From Candidatus Nanoarchaeia archaeon (GTDB lineage Archaea; Nanobdellota; Nanobdellia; Woesearchaeales; ARS49): DNA of 64,000 nt. Below, one piece after another: positions 23,263 to 30,646 of this stretch. Numbering within the stretch: position 1 is the first letter of the stretch; each line of letters opens with the position of its first letter. Location: positions 4,930 to 68,929 of the forward strand of contig JBGPSD010000001.1 of the NCBI GenBank assembly GCA_041489925.1, in the 5' to 3' direction. The position numbers and the translations under genes are program-made. The notes below the pieces were generated by a model, which made no database searches, was not told the DNA's origin, and was given only the letters and a program-made list of their open reading frames with translations.

Positions 23263-23864
23263 AGTTCAACTTCTCCACCGGGAGGCATTTCCTGAAGCTT
23301 GGCTTCCCTGCCTTTTCCCTTTGCCTCAGACTTCCCTTTCTTCTCCACTTTTTCCTCTGATCTTTTTTCCTGCGTTTTCTTCTCTTTTTTGCCGCTTGTC
23401 ATCATCGCGATGAGCCCTGCTGCGATGAGCAATGCCACCAATAACGGCATGATAACCCTATAGGCGATGTCTTCAGGAATCATTCCGCCCATCACAAGCG
23501 CCTCAAGCAGGACGATAAGTATCAGGCCGAGCGCGATTGATTTTATCGCTCCGCTCATATGAACGTGTCCGCCGATAAACGACAGGACTATCCCCAAGAT
23601 TACGAATATAAAAAGCAAAACCGCGACATAGCGTATAAAATAGTTCATCACGCTCAGTGTCTTAAACATTATCAGCGCAAAGAAAGCGATAATAAACGCG
23701 ACCATTGCGTTGTAGTTTGCTTTCGGATTGCCTTTGGAATCAGCGCCAAGAACCCTGCTCTTCTGCAGAACAGCGAATACGACAGTGAATATTATAACAA
23801 ATGGCAGGATGACACTGGTAAACCCTATCTCTTCCATCGTGAGAATGACATCCTTGATAGCCAT
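23259..23864 (-). CDS. multi-pass membrane protein with Lys/Glu-rich C-terminal tail
   Basis: About 5 hydrophobic helices; tail KKEKKTQEKRSEEKVEKKGKSEAKGKG. Confidence 0.55.
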   Translation of the reverse strand: MAIKDVILTMEEIGFTSVILPFVIIFTVVFAVLQKSRVLGADSKGNPKANYNAMVAFIIAFFALIMFKTLSVMNYFIRYVAVLLFIFVILGIVLSFIGGHVHMSGAIKSIALGLILIVLLEALVMGGMIPEDIAYRVIMPLLVALLIAAGLIAMMTSGKKEKKTQEKRSEEKVEKKGKSEAKGKGREAKLQEMPPGGEVEL

Positions 23865-23896
23865 ACCCCCTATGTGCGAATAATTGAGTATAAAAA

Positions 23897-24751
23897 TTAG
23901 TCGGCTGCCTTCTTTATCATCTCAGCCTCTGAAATAAATGCCTGCTCGTCAGGGTGCGGGTCAAACGGCTTGCAGACCGCCAAGAAATCACACTGCCCTG
24001 TTGACCACTTGCAAAGCTTGCTCGGGCTTCGGGGATAATCAATGACCTTGTCTGACTGGGTGTGCTTGTGAATCAGCCCGATTTCCCTCCTTGCAAGCTC
24101 AAGCAATGACTCGTCAACTTCGATAAACTTCGGCCTGTCTTTCAGGAAGTAAATCCCTGCCTTGTCAGGCAGCTTTCCGTGCTTTTCGTGATACAGCAAA
24201 GTGTAAATTGCCAATTGCAGGCGGTATTCCTCCTCGTCGCTGTGGCTGCTTGTCTTGTAGTCCATTATCCTTACCTGCCCTTCGTATTCCTCAATCGCGT
24301 CAATGATTCCCTTTGCCTTCAATGTGTCGCTCATAATCAATTCCTCGCGGATTGGGGTGAGCTTTGCAAAACGCTCAGGGAAAGAGCCTGCAAGAGTGTA
24401 GACCTTGCGGACAAAATGATTTAGCCAGTTGAGAAGCATAAGCAATGTGTCCTCGAAATAGAACTGCCTTTGCACAGGCGTAAGGCCCAGTGATTTCAGC
24501 TTTGCGTCTGCCTTCTGCCACTCGCGCAGCAAAAGGTCCTGCATTATCTCCATCAAACCAAGCTCAAATGAGTCAAGCGTGAGCCTTGTAACATCCTGGT
24601 CAAAGAAAGTCTCAAGGACAGAGTGCGCGATGTTGCCGCGGACCTGGTGCACGTTTGGCTTTGTCTCAAGCGCGGCAATGTACTGGTAATAATACTTCCT
24701 TCGGCACTGCTTGAAGCAGCCTATCGAGCTTGGGCTTTGCACACGAGGCAT
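23897..24751 (-). CDS. PD-(D/E)XK nuclease, Cas4/RecB-like with Fe-S Cys cluster
   Basis: N-terminal Cys (GCFKQC), IMDYKTS, QLAIY, C-terminal CKWSTGQCDFLAVC. Confidence 0.7.
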   Translation of the reverse strand: MPRVQSPSSIGCFKQCRRKYYYQYIAALETKPNVHQVRGNIAHSVLETFFDQDVTRLTLDSFELGLMEIMQDLLLREWQKADAKLKSLGLTPVQRQFYFEDTLLMLLNWLNHFVRKVYTLAGSFPERFAKLTPIREELIMSDTLKAKGIIDAIEEYEGQVRIMDYKTSSHSDEEEYRLQLAIYTLLYHEKHGKLPDKAGIYFLKDRPKFIEVDESLLELARREIGLIHKHTQSDKVIDYPRSPSKLCKWSTGQCDFLAVCKPFDPHPDEQAFISEAEMIKKAAD

Positions 24752-24815
24752 ATGACTGTGTCCAAAACAGTCATTTATATGCTTTATGCAAAGAGATTAG
24801 AATGTCCAGTGGGGC

Positions 24816-25529
24816 TCAGCCTATAGACGTAAGATTCTCAATAGTCTCCTGCATCTGCTGGGAAAGCCCAAAGTTGAGCCAGAGGTAGTGTCCTATCAGT
24901 GCAAGCAATCCGACAACAATGATTATTGCAATTATCCTTCTTATGTAGCCCTTTATCATCTGCCTGCGCTGCGTTACCTCATCTTCCCGCGTCTTGACGC
25001 GGAACAGCCTTATCGGGTACTTGACTCCCCTGAGCTGCTGCCAGCCAAGCTGGACAAAAGGAACTTCATTCTTGTTCATAGCCGAGAAGACAGCGTCGCT
25101 GAAAACAACCTGCCCTGGCTTTGAAAGAGACTCAATGCGCGAGGCTGTGTTGACAGCGTCGCCGAAAACGTCATTGTCGCGCTTCAAAACCTCTCCTGAG
25201 TGGATTGCGACACGTATGCGCAACGGGTGCCTGAGCCTGTTTGTGACATTGTAGCGCTTGAAGGTATGCTGCAATGCGATTCCGCAAAGGACTGCGTCTG
25301 TTGGAGATTTGAACGTGATAAGCAAAGCGTCGCCGATTTTCTTGACAATGGTTCCGCCATACCTTTCAAGGACAGGCATAGGCAAAGTCTCAAAAGCGTT
25401 GAGAAGCTGGTCAATGTGCTCGCGCGTCAAACCAGTGGTTGTTCGTGTGTATTCAACCAAGTCGACAAACATGACTGTTGCAGTCTCAGAAGCCATCCTT
25501 CTCCTTTGTGGCGACGGGTATTCTTGCAT
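24816..25529 (-). CDS. class III adenylate/guanylate cyclase domain with C-terminal TM anchor
   Basis: VMFVDLVEYT, KKIGDALL, IRVAIHSGEV, GDAVNTASRIES; C-terminal IIAIIIVVGLLALIG; alternative start at 25496. Confidence 0.8.
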   Translation of the reverse strand: MQEYPSPQRRRMASETATVMFVDLVEYTRTTTGLTREHIDQLLNAFETLPMPVLERYGGTIVKKIGDALLITFKSPTDAVLCGIALQHTFKRYNVTNRLRHPLRIRVAIHSGEVLKRDNDVFGDAVNTASRIESLSKPGQVVFSDAVFSAMNKNEVPFVQLGWQQLRGVKYPIRLFRVKTREDEVTQRRQMIKGYIRRIIAIIIVVGLLALIGHYLWLNFGLSQQMQETIENLTSIG

Positions 25530-25621
25530 TTTAATAACACCTTTATGAGCTTTCTTATAAATCTTAAGCTTCTCTCACGATATGTGTAAAATAGCATTTT
25601 CCCCTATATAAATCTTTCGGT

Positions 25622-25647
25622 TTGTAGCCACTATTTAGTGGCTACAA
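25622..25647. promoter_or_regulatory. 26-bp palindrome (12-bp arms, 2-nt spacer) in a divergent intergenic region
   Basis: ttgtagccacta tt tagtggctacaa. Confidence 0.55.
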
Positions 25648-25756
25648 GATAGGAACAATTCTGCCGGAAAATCTCCGATATCGTCGGAAATCTTTAGCAA
25701 AACGCACATAAAGACTCAAAACATGATTAGTTCTGTCCCGACGAGAGCGCAAAAAC

Positions 25757-27001
25757 ATGGCAAAGCGGCTGTCGTCGGAAAGTTTGCGGGAAACCCGGAA
25801 TAATTTCCGCCTAATAATAATGATAACCGCGTTCGTCCTTGGCATTTTCTTCGGCGTAATCGCAGGGCTTGTGCCAGGCATCCACATCAACCTGATTGCC
25901 TCGCTTGTGCTTGCAGGAAGCTCATACCTGCTTGACTATTTTGCAGACACTGACATCGCGGTTTTTATCGTGGCAATGGGCATAACCCACGCATTTGTCG
26001 AGGTTGTGCCGTCGATATTCCTCGGAGCGCCTGATGACAGCTCTGCCCTTATAATGCTGCCTGGCCACAAAATGCTCCACAAGGGGCTTGGCTATGATGC
26101 TGTCAGGTTTGCAACAATCGGCGCATTAGGCTGCCTTGTCCTGACTCTTGCTGCATTTCCATTGTTGATATGGGCGTTTCCAATACTTTTCAGCGCACTT
26201 AAGCCGTTCATAGGATGGCTGCTTATTGCCCTGATAATCGTGCTAATCGCGAAAGAAGGAAAGGACTTCTGGAAGGCAGCAATTGTGTTCGGCGCAACAG
26301 GCCTGCTGGGTTTTATCGTCTTAAAAAAGCTCGAGCTCAGCCAGCCCCTGCTGCCGCTGCTCTCAGGGCTGTTCGGAGCCAGCTCTTTGGCGCTGGCGCT
26401 TTTTGAGAACACAAAAATCCCTGTCCAAATCGGCAGGTTTGCGCGGCTAAAGAAAAAAGAGGCTGCAAAAGGAATCCTTGGCGGGCTTGTGGGTGGAACG
26501 CTTGTGACGCTTTTCCCAGGGCTTGGCCCAGGGCACGCAGGAGCGCTTTCCACGACGATATTCAAGTCATCAAGCCATTCTTACCTTGTGCTTGTCGGAG
26601 GCTTGCACACAGCTGATTTTTTGTCATCGCTTGTGACGCTTGTTGTTTTGGGCAAGGCAAGGAACGGCGCAATAGCAGTGATGGAGCAATTGATTGAAAC
26701 AACTTCAAATGACCTGTGGCTGCTCGGCGGTGTTGCACTTGCAGCCGGGCTGATCGCAGCAGTGCTCACCTTGCTCTGCGCAAAAGGATTTTCAGAGCTT
26801 GTCGAGCGCGTGAATTATCCCCTGCTCAGCGCGTCAATTTTGCTGTTTCTCGTCGTATTGTGCACTTGCCTTGTTGGCTGGCGCGGGCTTTGTGTTTTGA
26901 TAATAAGCGCTTTGCTCGGGCTTCTTGCGCCGTGGCTGAAAGTGAGCAGGGCGCACGCAATGGGCTGCTTATTGGTTCCGACTTTGACTTATTATTTGTG
27001 A
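25757..27001 (+). CDS. polytopic membrane protein, TctA/DUF112-like (COG1784)
   Basis: More than 10 TM helices; GLVPGIHINL motif. Confidence 0.5.
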   Translation: MAKRLSSESLRETRNNFRLIIMITAFVLGIFFGVIAGLVPGIHINLIASLVLAGSSYLLDYFADTDIAVFIVAMGITHAFVEVVPSIFLGAPDDSSALIMLPGHKMLHKGLGYDAVRFATIGALGCLVLTLAAFPLLIWAFPILFSALKPFIGWLLIALIIVLIAKEGKDFWKAAIVFGATGLLGFIVLKKLELSQPLLPLLSGLFGASSLALALFENTKIPVQIGRFARLKKKEAAKGILGGLVGGTLVTLFPGLGPGHAGALSTTIFKSSSHSYLVLVGGLHTADFLSSLVTLVVLGKARNGAIAVMEQLIETTSNDLWLLGGVALAAGLIAAVLTLLCAKGFSELVERVNYPLLSASILLFLVVLCTCLVGWRGLCVLIISALLGLLAPWLKVSRAHAMGCLLVPTLTYYL

Positions 27002-27095
27002 TTATATTCCGAAATGTTTAAATATATGGAATAATATTCCATTTATGTCAAGAACTGCAGTAATAAATACCATTTTAGCAGTTCTTGAGCATGCT

Positions 27096-27131
27096 CGGAA
27101 ACTCCCAGTGGTTTCCGTGCAGGAGTTTCCG
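27096..27131. promoter_or_regulatory. inverted/direct heptamer set just upstream of the Lrp start
   Basis: CGGAAAC (27096), GTTTCCG (27111), GTTTCCG (27125). Confidence 0.45.
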
Positions 27132-27135
27132 ACAT

Positions 27136-27585
27136 ATGAATAAATTGGATAATAACGACCAAAAGCTGTTAAGACTGATTAAGGAGGATTCCAAGCGGTC
27201 AGTGCAAAGCCTTGCGAAAGAAACAGGGCTTCCGCAGACAACTGTGCACAACAGGATAAAAAAACTCGAACAGCTTGGCATAATCATGCGCTACACTGCT
27301 GACATTGACTGGAGAAAAGCAGGCAAGCAAATTCTCGCATTTATCCTCGTGTCTTTCGAATATATCCTGCCGACAGGCGGGCGAGTGCAGCAGGAGGACG
27401 CGGCAAAGGAAATCAGGGGAATGCCTGATGTCGAGGAAGTCAGCATTCTCACAGGCGGAGCAGACATGCTTGTAAAGGTCAGGGCAGCAGACCTTGAAGA
27501 GCTCAATGACTTTGTCATCAGGAAGTTAAGGAATGTGCAGGGCGTTGACAAGACGCAGACGATGATTGTGCTGTCATCGTGTTAA
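27136..27585 (+). CDS. Lrp/AsnC-family transcriptional regulator
   Basis: LDNNDQKLLRLIKEDSKRSVQSLAKETGLPQTTVHNRIKKLEQLGII plus a RAM-type C-domain. Confidence 0.85.
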   Translation: MNKLDNNDQKLLRLIKEDSKRSVQSLAKETGLPQTTVHNRIKKLEQLGIIMRYTADIDWRKAGKQILAFILVSFEYILPTGGRVQQEDAAKEIRGMPDVEEVSILTGGADMLVKVRAADLEELNDFVIRKLRNVQGVDKTQTMIVLSSC

Positions 27586-27622
27586 CACAACATATTAATA
27601 CCAACAAGACAAATCAGGGAAT

Positions 27623-28075
27623 ATGGCGCTTGACGAAACAAAACTGCCTGTGAAAATAAGGCAGACAAGAAGGGCTAGAATCTTCTGGTATCTTCTCATC
27701 ATCGGAATTCTTGCAGGTGCGTATTTTTTGAGCGGCTGGCCCAGGATAGGCGCAATTGCGCTTGCGGCGCTAATATTGATCATCGTCGAAATAACACGCA
27801 TAGTCAACGCAGTCATCATCGACGATGCAAAATTGACGCTGAGTTCAGGGCTCCTTAACGTGCACACTATCACGGTTTATTACAGCGAAATCACAGACAT
27901 AAAGATTTCCCAGAACCTATGGGAAAGGATTCTAAATTATGGCAAAATCTACGTGAACACATCTGGGCGCACTGAGTACGAGCTTGTGGAGCGCAACATC
28001 CCCCGCCCGCACAAGGTAAGGGAATTAATCGAACAAATAAGGCATACGCACATCCGCGACATAAGAAAGAAGTAA
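27623..28075 (+). CDS. membrane protein with bacterial PH (bPH_2/DUF304) domain
   Basis: Two TMs, then YSEITDIKISQNLWERILNYGKIYV. Confidence 0.6.
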   Translation: MALDETKLPVKIRQTRRARIFWYLLIIGILAGAYFLSGWPRIGAIALAALILIIVEITRIVNAVIIDDAKLTLSSGLLNVHTITVYYSEITDIKISQNLWERILNYGKIYVNTSGRTEYELVERNIPRPHKVRELIEQIRHTHIRDIRKK

Positions 28076-28123
28076 GCCTTGTTTACACAACCTTTTTAAA
28101 CGAACCCTGAATTCTGCAATGCT

Positions 28124-28387
28124 ATGGAAGCAAGAATAAGCGCATTCAGGGGAACTTTCCGAAGAAAGCGCGGAAACCACATGATAATTGTTGTCGACAC
28201 TGTTGACACCAAGGACAAGGCAAAAGCCCTTGTCGGAAAGACAGTAATCTGGACGTCCCCTGGCAAAAACAAGAAGCAACTGAAAGGAAAGATTGCTGCA
28301 ATCCACGGCGGCAAGGGAGCTGTCAGGGCAATCTTCGAGACAGGAATGCCAGGGCAGAGCCTCGGCGAAGTAGTTAAGATTGAATAA
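28124..28387 (+). CDS. rpl35ae: ribosomal protein eL33 (L35Ae)
   Basis: GKTVIW....GKIAAIHGGKGAVRAIFETGMPGQSLG. Confidence 0.8.
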   Translation: MEARISAFRGTFRRKRGNHMIIVVDTVDTKDKAKALVGKTVIWTSPGKNKKQLKGKIAAIHGGKGAVRAIFETGMPGQSLGEVVKIE

Positions 28388-28497
28388 GCGGTAAAGCATT
28401 CTTTTGAATATTCTTTGACATTGCGGGTTTGTCAATAAATCTGATTGGGAGAGATTACACAAAGCGACATTTAAATAGGTAGAACACGTAGAAAGGT

Positions 28498-28914
28498 ATG
28501 ATGCCGAACACAGCAATATCAGAGATGAGCAGGGCACAACATGCCCAGATCATTGAAAATGGAATTGTGTTAGACAGAATGCTGTTTGCTCCGTTAACGT
28601 TGGATAGCATACCCACAATTGAACGTCAACTTCAAGAATTAAGAGAACAAACAGGTTGCGAATATGTGGTTGTACCAGTAGGTCAACCATACGGCGGGCC
28701 TAAAAGACCAATGGCTCTGCCCAGAGAAGATATCGATGCTGCTCACCGCGCTTATCAGGACGAATTGAGGGGCGTATCGCCAGAAATTGGAAGAGTGTAC
28801 GATTTACAATCCGAAAGAGAACGACTCAAAAAGGGCCGTCCCACGTTCAACCCTGCGCATTACCCATTAAAATTTCGTGGTTTTTTAAGTTCGCATTACC
28901 GCAGACAGCGATAA
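28498..28914 (+). CDS. hypothetical protein
   Basis: 138-aa ORF; no recognised motif. Confidence 0.45.
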   Translation: MMPNTAISEMSRAQHAQIIENGIVLDRMLFAPLTLDSIPTIERQLQELREQTGCEYVVVPVGQPYGGPKRPMALPREDIDAAHRAYQDELRGVSPEIGRVYDLQSERERLKKGRPTFNPAHYPLKFRGFLSSHYRRQR

Positions 28915-28999
28915 AAGACGCCGTTTCTCGAACCATCCGAAAGACTCTGCCTTCTTGTACACTTAAAAAAGCGAACTTTCTCGTATGTTCAAAGAATTC

Positions 29000-29431
29000 T
29001 CACTGCGCCCAGCTTGGAAGCATAGGTCCGATAAACGGCCAGACATAAGGCACTGCGACGACAAGAGCCGCGACCATTGCGCTGTGGAACCAGGTCTCTC
29101 TAAGCCCAAGGGACATTCCGCCCATACTTGCCTTGATTGCAGCGCTGACTCCGTGAATCTTGACCATTGTTATTATTCCGACAATAATCTGCAACGTTAT
29201 TGCAGACATGTATGGTATGCCCTGAAGGAATGAGAAATTCTGCAAAACCCACGGCGTGTTCATCGTCACGAAGCAGGCAATGATTGCGAAAACAACAGCG
29301 TGAATGCCGTGCCCGAACCTGTGCGTCGGAACAGTGACGTCGCGGTGCAGGAGAATAATCTCGTAAATACCAATAATAATGCCCGCGATAATTGGCGGCA
29401 CAATCATCAATGCCGCTGTTGCTGCTGCCAT
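29000..29431 (-). CDS. 4-TM membrane protein with His-rich loop (HRFGHGIH)
   Basis: ATG at 29431; TATA-like tatatatta about 20 nt upstream (leaderless). Confidence 0.55.
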   Translation of the reverse strand: MAAATAALMIVPPIIAGIIIGIYEIILLHRDVTVPTHRFGHGIHAVVFAIIACFVTMNTPWVLQNFSFLQGIPYMSAITLQIIVGIITMVKIHGVSAAIKASMGGMSLGLRETWFHSAMVAALVVAVPYVWPFIGPMLPSWAQ

Positions 29432-29481
29432 AACTACGCAGGGCAAATGCTAATATATAAACGTTTTCTTTGAAAAAAATC

Positions 29482-29958
29482 CTATTTGGGTTTTTCCCTA
29501 TGTATCGTCGCCCTTGGCGTCTTGTCAGTATTCAACTTGTTAAGCAGGATGTTCTCAATATTCAGTGCGGTTGCAACCCCGTCCGCCTTGGAGTCAGCAT
29601 TATCGGTGTCATACATCACATTGTGAACATCTGAACCATTGGGGTACTTGTTGGCAAGTTCCTCAATTCTTGCTGCATAAGGCGCAGGAACGTCCAACCA
29701 GGATGTCTTGCCGCCATATTCAAATTTGATGTAACTGCGGCTGTCCTCGCTCGGAAAAACACGCTTGGCGCCATTCCAGAAAATGTCTGCGCCAAACTTT
29801 GCTGTTTCCTTGCCTGCACACCACAGGTAGCCCATCGTATCAGGAAAACCATGGTAACAGACTGAAATCGTGAAAGCGCAGGCTGCGGCAATTGCTGCCT
29901 TTTTCTTTTGATTCCAAACCGCGGCTGCTGTATTTTTTAATTTTTGAATAAGCGGCAT
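29482..29958 (-). CDS. N-terminally anchored small protein with Asp-rich DTDNADSKADG loop
   Basis: TM AAIAAACAFTISV; SD-like gagggg upstream; abuts the upstream stop. Confidence 0.5.
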   Translation of the reverse strand: MPLIQKLKNTAAAVWNQKKKAAIAAACAFTISVCYHGFPDTMGYLWCAGKETAKFGADIFWNGAKRVFPSEDSRSYIKFEYGGKTSWLDVPAPYAARIEELANKYPNGSDVHNVMYDTDNADSKADGVATALNIENILLNKLNTDKTPRATIHREKPK

Positions 29959-29959
29959 T

Positions 29960-30514
29960 TTATTCCCCTCTCGTCTTGTGGATTGTGCATTTGCCGTACT
30001 GGGCCTCAGCAGGCTTAACCTCAACCGGCTTCGGCGCAAGCCCCATTTCCTGCCTTGAAATGTGGCCGTCTTTTATAGCTTCGTACATTGAAAGCTTTGC
30101 GCTCCTTGCCTGGTCATAAAGCGTTTTTGTTTTCGGCAAATTGTCAATTATAAGGTCGTATTGGATTGCGGCGCGTGATGCTGTCTCGACATCATCGCAG
30201 GAAACAACAGTACCGTCAATAAAGCGGATTTCGTTCTTGTTGTTGATTGCGTAAGGCGTGTTCTGAACTTCATCGCCAGAAGCCTGTTTTCCCTGAACTC
30301 TTTGTACCTGTGCAGTCGGGTTGCGGTAAAAGAAGTGCCTTGGGAACGGTCCTGTAAGCATGTAAGCAGCGCCAATCAATGCGATTGTTCCGGCAGCAAG
30401 CTTGGTCATAGGACCAAGATTGTCAAAATAATCGCGTATGGACTGCTGAGGATTAGTATTCTGTGCGCCCTGAGGCGCTCCCCCTTGTACGGGAACTGGT
30501 TGTGGATTTGGCAT
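29960..30514 (-). CDS. Pro/Gln-rich N-terminus, one TM, globular C-domain; hypothetical
   Basis: ATG 30514 preceded by a perfect SD AAGGTGAT; TM LAAGTIALIGAAYML. Confidence 0.55.
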   Translation of the reverse strand: MPNPQPVPVQGGAPQGAQNTNPQQSIRDYFDNLGPMTKLAAGTIALIGAAYMLTGPFPRHFFYRNPTAQVQRVQGKQASGDEVQNTPYAINNKNEIRFIDGTVVSCDDVETASRAAIQYDLIIDNLPKTKTLYDQARSAKLSMYEAIKDGHISRQEMGLAPKPVEVKPAEAQYGKCTIHKTRGE

Positions 30515-30646
30515 AGTTATCACCTTTGTTGTCACTACGTAGTGAATACTACTATATAAGCTTTTCGGTTACTCAATATAGAGGGGCATTCGCCAAAATA
30601 TTTATATACACAGTTGACGAACGCAGACTAAAAGAGTTGACAGACT

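Noticed and set aside
23259-25529. Cyclase + nuclease + membrane protein as a Pycsar/CBASS-type defence system
   Set aside because: It is not called as such. No cNMP-binding or SAVED/CARF-like domain is recognisable in the putative effectors, and the nuclease has a generic Cas4/RecB layout. It is kept only as a low-confidence finding to test.
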